A DNA stretch of 64,000 nt, taken from Octopus vulgaris (lineage: Eukaryota). The translations under genes were made by a program, and so were the position numbers. The DNA is taken from NCBI GenBank assembly GCA_951406725.2, contig OX597814.1:94860001-94924000 (forward strand), written 5' to 3'. Shown piece by piece: positions 1 through 13,104 of this stretch. Position 1 is the stretch's first letter. Each line of letters starts with the position of its first letter. Below the pieces are notes generated by a model that was not told the origin of the DNA, searched no databases, and was given only the letters and a program-made list of their open reading frames with translations.

Positions 1-900
1 ATTCACAGCGACAATGCTCATTACGTGTGACATACCTGTTAAGACAATCTTTTGCATCTGTTGGATGAATCATTCTCAAATAATTTTCAGTTACTTCTTT
101 GATCATTCCAAGCGCTCCTACAATCACTGGTATTGTAACAGTCTTGAAATGCCACATTTTTTTTCGATTTAAATAAGTAAAACTTTATAATTACTGAGCT
201 TGTCAATTCTTTCGCCGAGATATTATGATCACGAGGAATGCTCATGTCAATCAATAAATAGACTTTACAGTTTTGGTCTTTCACAACAATATCTGGTTTA
301 TTAGCTGTGGTAGTCCGGTCTGTATGTTCCGGAAAGTTCCAAAGAATCGTTGCATTTTCTCCCTCAGTTACAGCCTCAAGATAGTGCATGCACCATTTGT
401 CAGCAGTTTTGATTTTATAATGCCGACATATTAACCAGTGTAGATAGTGGCCAACTCTGTCATGTCTTGATTTATACTCTATGGGTGCTAAACTTTACAT
501 CCAGAGATTAGGTGGACCTCTGTTTCAATATTATCGTTGCAGTATCGGCACTTTGGGTCTACTCCATTTTTCGTTACATTGGCTTGATAGTTCTGGGTCA
601 ATAAGCTCTGGTCTTGAACAGCTAAGATGAAGCCTTCGTTCTCTGCCTTTAGCTCTGAGTTCCGTAACCACTGAAGTGTGTGCTTCTGGTCTACCTCAGC
701 TTGTTTGCTACTGGCCACAATTTCGCCATGCAAAGGTTTTTGTTCCCACCTGTCAGCCAATTATTCATACGGTTTTTCTTTGCCACTGATTTCACCATTT
801 TGCAACAACAGTTGCTGCACATCCATTATGCTTTTCAGCTTAGGCTGAGCTCAACTGGAAATTTTTTGCACTCTTCCATGATAGAATAAAGCTTCTTACG
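1..900 (-). mobile_element. R4/Dong-clade (RLE-type) non-LTR retrotransposon, decayed 3' part
   Basis: Minus-strand frames give LHGE..QWLRNSELKAENEGFILAVQDQSLLT, a CCHC knuckle (CRYCNDNIETEVHLISGC) and the RLE motif NKPDIVVKD..LIDMSIP; frameshifted; abuts an (ATT)n array. Confidence 0.85.
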
Positions 901-904
901 CCTA

Positions 905-953
905 ATATTATTATTGTTGTTGTTGTTGTTGTTGTTGCTGTTGTTATTATCAC

Positions 954-1040
<87 letters not shown>

Positions 1041-1070
1041 CATTGTTGTTGTTGTTGTTGTTATTGTTAT
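905..1070. repeat. compound (ATT)n/(GTT)n microsatellite
   Basis: direct reading. Confidence 0.98.
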
Positions 1071-1164
1071 TGAGTGAGTGAGAGAGCAATGCATGACCTC
1101 GCAGGTGGGGCCCAGTTAGAATTTTCTTCAGGTCGAATAGCCCGTTGCTAGACTGGTCAGTGAT

Positions 1165-1925
1165 GCGCAAACATTCGCTACCCCAAACAGATACTTCTTC
1201 AACAACCTCTACCTCACGCGATACAACATAGAGTGTGTAGGTAAAGAACCTGGCATGGGTGGAGATCTGATCAATTTGGATCGATCGAAAGCTTTTGATA
1301 GGATTGACCATTAATACTTGGCGGCTGTCCTGAAGGCTGTTGGTTCCATCCCGTTTTCAGCGGCTGGATCGCTGCAATGTATAGCGGACATCTGTTCAGT
1401 GGTCAAAGTTAATGGCCACCTTTTGGAACCGTTTAGCATCGCACGTTCGGTTCGTCAATGATGCCCCTCCTGCACGTGCTGACTCTCGAACAATTACTGC
1501 AGAATCTGGATGTTTGGACAGGCATCCTGCATGAACCAGGATGCGAATTTTTTGTGTGTCAACATATGCAGACGATGTCACCATAATAGTGTCGAACGTC
1601 TCGGAAATCGGAAATTGGCACTACACTAAAGGAATACGAAGCGGTGACAGGAGGAAAGATTAACCAGGAGCAGTCAGTGGGCCTGCATCTCGACACGTGC
1701 AGGGGCAGGTCCATGCTGACCGACAGTGTTGTTGGACGCTTGACAGAAGACCGGTTAAACTGCTCGGGGTCTGGTTTGGTCCAGATCCACAAGTGGACAA
1801 GAAATGGGAAAAGGTCACAAACAGGGTAGCCAATCTCACCCCGAAATGGGGTGAGAGAAAGCTATCCCTGAAAGGTCGGGCAGAGGTATCAAATGCATAC
1901 ATCGCATCCTTCATCTATTACCGCC
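1165..1925 (+). mobile_element. L1/Tx1-clade LINE reverse transcriptase fragment (decayed)
   Basis: Translates across stops and frameshifts to LINLDRSKAFDRIDH, TYADDVTI (about 1562-1585), EYEAVTGGKINQEQS, VKLLGVWFG and WGERKLSLKGRAEVSNAYI. Confidence 0.85.
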
Positions 1926-2252
1926 CGTCTGAAAGATTGTTTAAGGATGTTGAACGAACCACCCATGTTTCCAAAGGGGAATAATCCAAACCTCTAAGAA
2001 TTCCTTTCAACACACGGCTATGATGCTCCCCCACTACTTCTACTAATGATCAGAGATGCACATGCCGTCAGCCACTAAGGTATATGCTCATCTGGTTAAG
2101 GTCTAACAACTAACAAGCAAATCTGTGGTAATGGGCAGAATATTAACTGTAGCCCATATTTTATACCAAGACAAAACAATGTACATGATAACACTTGAAA
2201 TCAGTTAAGATCAGAAGCCACGAGAGCCACTGCCTGGAACTGCATCAGGGCA
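1926..2252. mobile_element. interspersed repeat bounded by (ATT)n arrays; left part probably 1072-1143
   Basis: Non-coding block ending at (ATT)n 2252-2321; resembles a recalled octopus (ATT)n-associated repeat; not verified by search. Confidence 0.4.
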
Positions 2253-2262
2253 TTATTGTTGC

Positions 2263-2322
<60 letters not shown>

Positions 2323-3040
2323 ATCATATCGTTGTCACTAACACCGCCACAACGACTGGTGTTACTGCCAAATTTCCCACCAACATCTCTGTCAACCTAT
2401 CAATTGTCTTCAGCCACAGAAAACAACCACAACATTTAAACGTATATCATCATTACCACCACTACTGCTTCCATCTCTACCAACACCATTATCAACATCA
2501 TCATTATCGTCATCGTTAACAGTACCATCATCATCATTATAGCCATCATTGTTATATATCATCGTCATCTTCATTAGCATCAACAGTATCACCATCGCCA
2601 GTATCATCATCATCATCATCATCATCATCTTCATCATCATAATCACCGTCACTATAATCATCATCATTATCGTCATCTTCCTCAGAATCATCATGATCAT
2701 CATTATCATCATCGTCATCGTTATCAACAACACTATCAATATCATTCCCATCACCACCACCATCACCATCGTCATCACCTTTATTATGGTTATTCATCAT
2801 CATCATCATCGTGATCATCACCGTGATCATCACCGTCGTCATCATTGCCTTCTTTTTTTCCTTCTTTTTCTTCTTCTTCTTCTTCTCCTCCATCATCATC
2901 AGCAGCAGCATCATTATCCTCAACATACATCATCATCATCATCATTATTGGAAAACACCAAATCAAACAGACAGTAACAACAACAACAGCAGCAACAACA
3001 ACAACAGCAACAACAACAACAGCAACAACAAGAATAAGAA
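2252..3040. repeat. (ATT)n followed by degenerate (CAT)n/(CTT)n/(CAA)n low-complexity tract
   Basis: direct reading. Confidence 0.95.
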
Positions 3041-3356
3041 CTAACAACGACATTTCTAAAAATAACTCAGATTTCGGAAAATAATATTTCCACAGAAACC
3101 GCAAAAAAGATGATTTCAATTACATTTAATTTCCAACGTTCTCATTTTAATTTAATCAAAATCGTTTGACAGTGAGTGCATGATCAATTAGCAGTTTAGT
3201 TAAAAGATCAGTGAACAATTTTAACAGTACTCACACTGGTGTAGAAATGTGATTTTTCAGAATAGAGAAATCTGTGTGATTGTTTGACACATGATTAAAC
3301 GCATACATACACTAGATTCAGGTAAACAAACATATACGCGTATTTATAAATATACA

Positions 3357-3509
3357 GGCGCGGCTGTGTGGTAAGAAGCTTGCTTCCCAACCACATGGTT
3401 CCGGTTTCAATCCCACAGCGTGGTACCTTGGACAAGTATATTTTCCTAGAGCCTCGGGCCGACCGAAACCTTGTGAGTGGATGTGGTAGACGGAAACTAA
3501 AAGAAGTCC

Positions 3510-3510
<1 letters not shown>
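3357..3510 (+). mobile_element. tRNA-derived SINE family A, 5' half
   Basis: GGCTGTGTGGTAAGAAGCTTGCTTCCCAACCACATGGTTCCGG head with A/B-box-like motifs, shared with many copies in the window. Confidence 0.85.
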
Positions 3511-3546
<36 letters not shown>

Positions 3547-4096
3547 GAGTATGTGCGTATATAGACGTGTTTTACTCGTATTGGCTTTTTTATACTTCTT
3601 TACACATTTTTCTGTATTTTGCCTTTAGCCCTGTTTTTTCTTGTGCATGTACGTATATAGACGTGCGAGTATGTGTGTGTGTGTGTGTGTGTGTGTGCGA
3701 GCGTGTATGCGGGTATGTATATATTTTTGGGCGTGGGTGAACATGTGTGTGTGTTTCAAATGAGGGTAGATGAGTATATATTTATAAGCGCATGTACGTG
3801 ATGCGCGGGCGCGCATGTGTAGGTATAGACATGCGCGCTTCCGCGATTGCAATTAACATTTTTACTCACTTGCCTTTACTCCCTCCCCTTATTTAGCGGT
3901 CATTCTAATACCTCTTTTGTCTTAATAACGGTCAATCACACAGTAATTTCCCTTTGTTTAACGGCCATTTTCACAACAATTTTTCGATGGCCGGATAACT
4001 GAAGAGATGGCGGGCTGGGTTTCCGCCCCGACATCCGAAACTCGGAGTTTTATCATGGCTACCGAATAATTGCCACATATTATATTATATTTACAG

Positions 4097-4133
<37 letters not shown>

Positions 4134-4409
4134 TCAGAGATAAACGAGTCAAAAAGATGTTGAACTAACAACTACAGGAAAGTTGACAATTCGTATCTCA
4201 TTAATGGCACTATGCAGTTTCCATGGTAAGATACTTCACTGAACCAATGCGTTATCACCACAATGCATTAAGCATTCACTGTAAAATAATAGCCGGTATA
4301 TTTAACACGTTGGCTGGTTGGTTGGTTGAAAGATCCTCCTGTCACGCTTACATCGTAAAGAAAAGGGAGGGCATAAATAGTAAAAGATATATATATATAT
4401 ATATATATG

Positions 4410-4586
4410 TAGGTCCCGGGTTGATTCGGGGTTAACCACAGTAAGTAAGGTACTCAATACATGGCAGAGTAAAATTAATTTATTATATAGAAGGAGCTTC
4501 TACAGGACTAGTACTGTTTCATTCAAGAGAAATCTTCACTTGAATGAAACAGTACTAGTCCTGTAGAACTCCTTCTATATAATAAA
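4410..4586. mobile_element. Penelope pLTR-like fragment ending in a 49/48-nt fold-back, between (TA)n arrays
   Basis: Arms 4479-4527 and 4539-4586 are reverse complements apart from one indel; a partial hammerhead core (TGAAGA..GAAAC) lies on the minus strand. Confidence 0.6.
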
Positions 4587-4695
4587 AAATATATATATAT
4601 ATATATATATATATTTCAACATGTGATCTCTTAAGCACCACCAGCTCAAATATTTTCTCCTCTGTCTTCCCTCTTTGGGATCTTTCCTTCTCCTT

Positions 4696-4730
4696 GTTTC
4701 CGACGAAAAGCTCCGCTCGAAACGTTAAAC
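4696..4730 (+). ncRNA. minimal type-I hammerhead-like motif (family 1 variant)
   Basis: gttt-CCGACGA-a-aagc-tcc-gctc-GAAA-CG-TT-aaac; stem I gttt/aaac. Confidence 0.5.
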
Positions 4731-4854
4731 CCTCCTTCCCTTCTTTCTTGAGCGTCAATAATACTTTAATTGTTTCACGTCCTGCGTTGCTGTGTTTTTT
4801 TTTCTCCTTTTTTTCTCTTTTTTTCTCTTTTTTTCTGTGTTTTCTTGTTTGGAT

Positions 4855-4931
<77 letters not shown>

Positions 4932-5307
4932 AACATAAGAGATACGGGATGAATGTTTGATAGGAAGCAATAATTAAAAAATGCTACATACACGCACACT
5001 CTGAGAGAGAAAACTCGTAAAAGCGGAAGAGGTGGAATATTATGGTGGATAATATCACAAATATATGCATGCATGTGTAATAAGAAAGATGTTAGTTGGT
5101 GTGTCACAGAATAACAATTTTAAAAATGCGAATAGCACATCTACATATGCATAAAGTGTATATGACTTAGTATACACATTATTGGGGAAAACATATTTTC
5201 TCTTTATGTTATAGTTTATATTCAAAAAGTAACAAGCAAATAGAAAACAATATTTCTCTCCGTGTTCGTTTTATATTATGGAAATTCACATATAAACACG
5301 CACCAAC

Positions 5308-5391
<84 letters not shown>

Positions 5392-5903
5392 TATATAATA
5401 AGAGAGAGGTTGGTGTTCCACCACCTATTATGATTTATAAATTCCTAAAAATGTAACGAAATTTTACAGAGATAAGTTTTCGATAGAGTAGATTCCGATT
5501 ATTTAATGAAATTTATAAAAATATTTTTTGAAAGCTGTTTTGGACCATTCTCTACTGAACCCCGGATTCTATTACTCCGATTTCTGTAATTTTAGCATTT
5601 TTTTACTTGCGAATTCGCTTGAATCATCAGCGCTATGCAATCTATCTACATTCTCGAAAACGTATCTCTGTAAAATACCATTGAAAAATATGCATTTTAA
5701 TAAGAATTATAAGAAAAGAAGGATGCAATGACTAGAAACTCCTCCAAAAGTATTTTTGTGTACACCATGGAAAATGTATCTCTGCATAATTTCATTTAAA
5801 AAATGTGCATTTTATGGAAGTAATGTGCAAGCCGTTAATATACAAATATAAACTTAAATATGGGGGGGGATATTCGTGGATTCCACACGTGTAGTGTAAA
5901 TAT

Positions 5904-6120
5904 AGATTTCAAATTTTGGCACAAAGCCAGCAATTTTTGGTGAGGGGATAAGCCGGTTACATCGACTCCAATGCTCAACCGCTACTTATTTTATCGACCT
6001 CGAAAGAATGAAAAGCAAAGTCAACATCGGCGGTATTTTAACTCAGAACATAAAGACGGACGAAATAGCGCTTAGCATTTTGCCCGGCGTGCTAACGATC
6101 CTGCTAGTTGGACCCCTACA
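5904..6120 (-). mobile_element. tRNA-derived SINE family B with 12-bp TSD
   Basis: Reverse complement of family B; TAGTGTAAATAT at 5892-5903 and 6121-6132. Confidence 0.85.
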
Positions 6121-6145
6121 TAGTGTAAATATGACTTACGATTTA

Positions 6146-6670
6146 AGGCGGCGAGCTAGCAGAAACGTTAGCACGCCGGGCGAAATGCGTAGCCGTATTT
6201 CGTCAGCCGTTACGTTGTGAGTTCAAATTCCGCCGAGGTCGACTTTGCCTCTCATCCTTTCGGGGTCGATAAAATAAGTGCCAGCAACGCTCTGGGGTCG
6301 ATATAATCGACTTAATCTGTTTGTCTGTCATTGTTTGTCTTCTCTGTGTGTAACTCCTTGTGGGTTGTAAAGAAATAGGTATTTCGTCTGCCGCTACGTT
6401 GTGAGTTCAAATTCCGCCGAGGTCGACTTTGCCTTTCATCCTTTCGGGGTCGATAAAATAAGTATCAGCTACGCACTGGGGTCGATATAATCAACTCAAT
6501 CCGTTTGTCTGTCCTTGTTTGACCCCTCTGTGTTTAGCCCCCTGTGGGTAGTAAAGAAATAAGAATAGTTATCGTGCCGGGTAAAGTGCTTAGCAGCATT
6601 TCGTCTGCATCTACGTTCAAATTCTGCTGAGGTCGGCTTTACCTTTCATCCTTTCGGGCCGATAAAATAA
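6146..6670 (+). mobile_element. SINE family B: full copy plus two tandem 5'-truncated copies
   Basis: AGGCGGCGAGCTAGCAGAAACGTTAGCACGCCGGG...GAGTTCAAATTCCGCCGAGGTCGACTTTGCC; core repeated at about 6379-6562 and 6570-6670. Confidence 0.9.
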
Positions 6671-6698
6671 TTTTTTACGAAAGAAAATTCGTAATCTT

Positions 6699-6796
6699 CG
6701 CAGGCGTGACTGTGTGTTAAGAAGCTTGTTTCCCAACTACATGGTTCCGGTTTCAGTCCCACTGCGTAGCACCTTGCATAAGTGTGTTCTACCAGA

Positions 6797-6865
<69 letters not shown>

Positions 6866-7093
6866 TATGTATGTGCGTGTGTTCGTCTTTATGGCTGTGT
6901 TTATCCCCCCTCATCACCGCTTGACAACTGGCGTTGCTATGTTTACGTCCCCGTAACTTAGCGGTTCAGTAAAGAGACCGATAGAATAAGTACTAGGCTT
7001 TAAAAAATAAATCCTGGGATCGATTTGTTCAACTAAAACCCTTCAAGGCGGTGCTCCAGCATGGTTGCAGTCAGATGTCTGAAACAAGTAAAA
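6699..7093 (+). mobile_element. SINE family A with internal (TA)n
   Basis: Head plus 3' body CCCGTAACTTAGCGGTTC...GGCGGTGCTCCAGCATGG...GAAACAAGTAAAA. Confidence 0.88.
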
Positions 7094-7169
7094 CAAAACA
7101 TATATCGGTTGTCTTGTTTGCGTTAATGGTAGACAGGATTACAACAGAACTTCTGCGTGGTAATTTGAC

Positions 7170-7345
7170 TTGGTAGAAATAACAGCCGTCAAAATCTCCA
7201 TTAAAATACAGCCAGCATAATGACTTGAAAAAGTTGGTCACATTGTATACTATAGTTCTAGTCTGGCCATCTGAGAGAATGGTAGTAACACTTTTGATCA
7301 TATTTCTACCCAGTCAGAGTTAACCTGGGGTTAAACAACGATAAA
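7170..7345 (+). mobile_element. older interspersed repeat family C (related copies at about 15870-16060 -, 23125-23315 +, 30050-30200 +, 40790-40955 -, 43570-43755 -, 52905-53105 +)
   Basis: Shared degenerate motifs TAGAAATA(A/G)CAGCC..., CACATTG.ATA.T and CTGGGGTTAAACAAC. Confidence 0.6.
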
Positions 7346-7757
7346 AACAATGATGGCAAGAAGAACCGTCACGGCACCAATGGATAATTATTCAATATAA
7401 TTTGGTCTTTGACACTGCATTATAGTAAGGTACCGAGAAAATAGGCATGCTATTTTCAGTGTTAACTATATTTTTTTTCGACCAGAGCTAAGGACTAATT
7501 TTACAATAAAACATGTTGATGGGATCAATCAGAGTATATTACTGGCACATACTTTATCGTGCACGCATAGCGTAGAGATTCGCAGAACACCATTCGCTAA
7601 TTCTTCTCAAAGCAGCAAGTATTGTGTAACAGCAGTTTCCATGTTAGTGACATCAAAGAGATGTGTCTGTGATATTGAGCTATTTCCGATAGTTTTTTAT
7701 CTAACATTTTATTCTATTTTTTCTGTTTGATTGTTTTTGTTGTTTTTGTTGCCGTCG

Positions 7758-7832
<75 letters not shown>

Positions 7833-9502
7833 CGTGTGTGTGTGTGTGTATCAGTCGAAGATCGTTTATTGCAGCTTGGACGTTAAATATTTCATCATCT
7901 AATTGTCTTGTCATTTATAAAGATAAGAGACAGCTGGAGTAGAAAAGAAACATCTTTGGAGATTCTGTTTCCTACATTACAATTCGATCGGTATATTATA
8001 TGCGATGAGATTAATAGTCTGGGAATCTTAAACTGCTCTAGCTGTAAATCATCTTAGAACTGTTGGCATGTAAGAAACAGCTGTTTTGAAAAGGTTGGTT
8101 TAACATGAATTGGAAAACCGATACAGTAAAAATGTTCATTCTCTCAAATGAAACATTCTTATATTGTAATTTGCGAATATATTAGCGTGTTTATGTTGTT
8201 CTTCGTGTCTTATTAATGCAGGAATTGAAAGAGGTATTGGAATTCTGGATATCATGCTGATTTTCATAATGTTTATTCTGAGGAAAATACATTAGAGAGA
8301 TTTCCCGGAGCCTACATCATATCCAAGAAACAACTTGAAAGTGTCGCTGTACTGTATTAGGGATACAAACTGTCTACCTTAGGTTTACGTTTCAAAATAC
8401 ACATCAGTCACATCTAAATGACTAACATCAGTACTGCTGTTACAGAGTCTTTCTCAGATTAGCAACGATCTCCCACTGTTTCGGTAACACTGCTGTCTTA
8501 GACATTATTCATAATTCCTTGGATGTCCTCTGGGAAAAACAATATTTATTAAATCAGCAATTCAACTTCTAGATTACTGCATTATGTTGTTGCAGCTCCT
8601 TTTGGTTTCACTGTTCTCTCCATTACTCCTTGTTTTTGCTGCTGCTGCTGCTGGTGATTGTGGGATGGCTGTGGCTTTAATACTTGTTATGCTTCCACAT
8701 ACATCTCAGAAATATTACTGTCCTTGATGGCGTTGGCTTTTACATATTTAATATAGCTGAAATTGGTATGTGCACCCAACTGCATCGAGATAGTTCGCGC
8801 CAAAACTTCAAGCGATTTTACTTGAACATACAAGAACAATCACTTCTTAGCTTAACATGAGAGAACTTCCACACACCTTCGAAACTCTAAACAGAAAGTA
8901 GGGAATGCCCGAGCTACAAAACTCCCCTACAAATGCGAAAGAAGTATACCCTACAAAGAGGAGCCAAACAGGATCAGTGGATGTGTTGTCGATTACTGAG
9001 AATAGGGTGAAAATGTGCTCCCACTGTCCCCTGTAATTTATATTTAATTTCAAAGATATCATTCCATACCACGAAACAAAATCAGTGGAAATAACTCATC
9101 AGCATCATTTGCAAAATCCGCTCTCTAAACTATAAAGAAAACTGTAAAAAAAGTGGACAAGATCAAATACATGCGTCTGTTTCTCTTCTTAAACAGGAAT
9201 GAGAGAAGCATCTTCCTCAATGTTACATTAAAAATAATTTTTTTCCAATCGCAATGCTATTACAAAATACTCAAGGATGAGTACTTTTGCCATGGGACCA
9301 CGCATAAAGCAGAGGTTTATGAATTAATAGAATTATATACATCAGATATATATCGGGAGAGCTTTCGCTCTGCAGGCGTCCGGTATTTGCTGTGATGATG
9401 GACTATTCATTTTGCAAATAATAAATGAACATTTGATGTATGCTGAAAGATTTAAAGCTCACTGTACATACGAATCGAAGCGTTTTTGATATCTAATTAA
9501 AG

Positions 9503-9630
9503 AGGGTGCGGTGAGCTGGCAGAATTGTTAGCACGCCGGGTGAATGCTTAGCGGCATTTCGTCCGTCTGCATGTTCTAAGCTCAAATTCCACCGAGGTCG
9601 ACTTTACTTTTAGGCTTGTTAATTTTAGAA
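9503..9630 (+). mobile_element. SINE family B, 5' part
   Basis: GCGGTGAGCTGGCAGAATTGTTAGCACGCCGGG...CAAATTCCACCGAGGTCGACTTT. Confidence 0.8.
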
Positions 9631-9634
9631 AGGA

Positions 9635-10820
9635 AGTAAGTAGTAGGGGTGCGTGGAGCACGAACAATGAGGTCGGAAGTGGTGGGAGGATGATGAGAGA
9701 AGAAAATGGGGTCATGAATAGTGGAGGATACAGTCTGTTGGTAGTTAGGCGTGGGATTGGAGGGCAGAGGGCAAGAGAAGGAGGTGTCTTGAAGTTGACG
9801 GAGAGCTTCAGCCTTGTAAAGTTCTATGCTCCACCCTTGTCGGCCGGTTTGATGACGATATTTTTGCATTGACAGAGGCATCGAAGGGCCGCAAGTTCGG
9901 CAGGGGAAATGTTGCAATGTGGAGGAGGCCTGCGAAAGTTAAACCGGTCCACAAGACGTTGGCAGGTGCTTGCAAATTGATCAACTGCTTGGAACTGGCT
10001 AGGAGCTGGCGTCCAGGGGAATGGTTGACATCCCATGTAGGTGAAGCAGTCTTCTTCATTAGATGCGGGTGGAGTGTTGTGGAATAGTGCATGTAGCCAG
10101 ACGCGGCACACAAAGTGTTGAATATCAGCACGGGTCTTAAACGGGATGAAGCACAGACCCTTACCGAGAAGAGAGCGCTCCATTTCAGAGAGAGAAAAGG
10201 GGTGTAGGTGGGGGAAGGCGGGGGAAGGCTGGGAGTAGAGAGAAGAGGAAGTGGTGTGTTGGAGGGTTGGAGTAATGGAAGGGTGGGAGTGAAGATGGGG
10301 GATGAATGGATCGGGGAAGCAGGGGGGAGGGTTGAGTGTAGTGGAATCGGATGAGACAGGATGAAAGAGTGAGTGGAATTTATGCTGTTTAGTGCGTACC
10401 AGAAATTCATGGAAAATGTGGTTTAGGTGGATGAGGAAACGTAAGGTGGTATGTGCAACAGATGGTGAGCAGCAGGGGAAAAAAGATGGAATAAGCGAGA
10501 GGGAGAAGGCGGTCGAGGGTGTTATTTTGGAGAGATTAGAACGAATGGTGGCACACATAAGGCGGAAGGAAGTGGCGCGGAGTATAGGTAAGATGACAGA
10601 GGCAGAATGGAAAGTAGGGTGGAACTGGAGGCAGAAACCTTTGGGGATGAGGCGGTGGTGAGGGCAGCGACTGAGAAAAAGGAAACGTGTCTAAAGAAAC
10701 GTGTCTTTTTTTTAATCAGTGGGGAAAGATTAATAGGAGGTTTAAAGCAGTGGAAAGGAAGTGTGGTAAGGTGTTTTTTAGGCGGTGGTGACTGTGGAGG
10801 AGGAAGGATTTACAATTAGG
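9635..10820 (-). mobile_element. Penelope-like element, N-terminal/pre-RT region (decayed)
   Basis: SLSEMERSLLGKGLCFIP and NISPAELAALRCLCQCKNIVIKPADKGGA, the PLE-typical motif preceding the RT core. Confidence 0.85.
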
Positions 10821-10978
10821 CATGCTGGAAAAGGAGAAAAAGAAAGAAAGAGGAAAGTTAAAATGGGGAGAGAATGGCAAAGTTATTAATGTACGGAATT
10901 TAAAAGTTCAGAAAATTCAAGATCAGAACGATTTACATCAACGAAAATAACCTGTGAGATCCGTGAAGGTAAAGTCCG

Positions 10979-10979
<1 letters not shown>

Positions 10980-11067
<88 letters not shown>

Positions 11068-11404
11068 TGTGCGTGTGTGTGTGTCTGTGTCTGTGCGTGT
11101 TTGTGTACATATATATAGTGTGCGTATGTATATATGCATAGATAGAAACATACAAATGCTTGTACAACACAGTAGGCTCCAGTGACAATCATTGCAAGAT
11201 GATTGTTACTATTTTGATTGCAATATTTGTCAGAGTATCTTTCTCCTGGAAGAGCTGCCTTCCCCGCGGCTTTCTCAAAACTATCGGGAGCCCCCACGAC
11301 TCCAGAACTACTCGAATTAAGCCTCACCTCTGGAAGCAGTTTAATGTCATAACCAGGACATAGAAATGAACATACATACATACCGTACATACATACATAC
11401 ATAC

Positions 11405-11435
<31 letters not shown>

Positions 11436-11551
11436 CATACATACATACATACATACATACATGCATACATACATACATACATACATACATACATACATAC
11501 ATACATACATACATACATACATACATACATACATACATACATACATACATA
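10980..11551. repeat. (TG)n 10980-11100 and (CATA)n 11370-11551 microsatellites
   Basis: direct reading. Confidence 0.95.
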
Positions 11552-11756
11552 CTCTTCGGAATCTACGGTGTTTATATTAAATTTTTCCCAACCGTTTTTA
11601 AATGAAATTAAAGCTTCATTAAGAAAATGAGAACACATTTCAATTCCAATTAAGGGACATTTAACATTCCAGCATCTCGGAAAGAGAAGAGGCAATCCAT
11701 TTTGTATGTTTATTCCTATCGCCCGCTAAAGGATGTATATATTTATAGACACAAGT

Positions 11757-12309
11757 TTGGCTGTGTAGTAAGAAGTGTACATCGCAACAACAGGGTTCAG
11801 TTCCACTGCATGGCACCTTGGGCAAGTGTCTTCAGCTATAGCCTCGGGCCGACCAAAGCCTTATGAGTGGATTTGGTAGACGGAAACTGAAAGGAGTTCG
11901 TCGTATATACTCCGTATGTGTGTGTGTGTGCGTGTGTGTGCGAGTGTGTTTGTGTGTGTGTGTGTCTGTCTGTCTGTCTGTCTGTCTGTCTAAGGATCTC
12001 CTCACCTCCGCTATTGTTGTTTACGTCCTCGTAACTTAGCGGTTCAGTATAAGAGATCGATAGAATAAGCATCAGTCTATTATTTAAAAAATTAGTACTG
12101 GAGTCTAATGACTGAAACAAATAAAAGATAATATATATTTAGGAACAGGAGTAGCTGTATGGTAAGAAGCTTGCTTCCCAACCACATAGTTCCGAGTTCA
12201 GTCCTACTGCATGGCACCTTGGGCAAGTGACTTCCACTATAGCCTCGGGCCGACCAAATCCTTGAGAGTGGATCTGGTAGACGGAAACTGAAAGAAATCC
12301 GTTGTATAC

Positions 12310-12367
<58 letters not shown>

Positions 12368-12580
12368 AAATTTGTGTGTCTGTATTTATCCCCCATCATC
12401 GTTTGACAATCGATGTTAGTGTGTTTATGTCCCCGTAACCTGGCGGTTCGGCAAAAACGAACGACAGAGTAAGTACGAGGCTTACAGAAAATAAGTCCTG
12501 AGGTCGATTTGTTCGACTAAAGGTAGTGCTCCAGCATGGCTACAGCCAAATGGCTGAAACAAGTAAATGAACAAAAGAAT
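11757..12580 (+). mobile_element. two tandem SINE family A copies (11757-12130 and 12141-12580)
   Basis: Both have head, CTATAGCCTCGGGCCGACCAAA, an internal microsatellite and a CTGAAACAA 3' end. Confidence 0.9.
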
Positions 12581-12621
12581 ATGTATATATATATATATGT
12601 ATATATACATTGTATATATAT

Positions 12622-12924
12622 ATCACGTGATCACGTGACCGACCAGTCCATCAGATGTAGTTACACATCGCTGGTCACAATGCGTTTGCATTGTTTTAGC
12701 CTTCGAATAACGCCACCCCGCTGGCTAAGCGAGCAAGCCAACAGAAGAAAGAGTGGGAGAAAGAGTGGTGAAAGAGTACAGCAGGAATCACCACCCCCTC
12801 CTTGAGCCTCGTGGAGGTTTTAGGTGTTTTCGCTCAATAAACACTCACAACGCTCGGTCTGGGAATCGAAACCGCGATCCTACGACCGCGAGTCCGCTGC
12901 CCTAACCACTGGTCCATTGCGCCT

Positions 12925-12928
<4 letters not shown>
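12622..12928 (-). mobile_element. third tRNA-derived SINE family
   Basis: Minus strand begins GTGGAGGCGCAATGGACCAGTGGTTAGGGCAGCGGACTCGCGGTCGTAGGATCGCGGTTTCGATTCCC, with A box and B box; flanked by microsatellites. Confidence 0.8.
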
Positions 12929-13008
<80 letters not shown>

Positions 13009-13104
13009 ATAAAACGGTAAGATAACAAAAGAAAGAAAGAGACCTCAATATTATGTAAATAGAGGAAATTTATCTATACAATATGTTACATTACTCGGTA
13101 GTCA

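Noticed and set aside
2256-3119. Poly-Asp, poly-His, poly-Ile and poly-Met ORFs
   Set aside because: Several frames are open only because of trinucleotide repeats; no domain or splice evidence
6146-6670. Regularly repeated units resembling a CRISPR array
   Set aside because: Tandem SINE B copies; eukaryotic context, no unique spacers and no cas genes
8847-9062. Minus-strand 71-aa ORF with a possible acceptor
   Set aside because: Weak splice signals and no recognisable motif
10886-11695. HTHT, MYVC and YIYI-type ORFs here and throughout the window
   Set aside because: Translations of (CA)n, (TATG)n and (TA)n microsatellites
12855-12928. Possible tRNA gene
   Set aside because: Has A/B boxes but continues into a SINE body and lacks a clean acceptor stem
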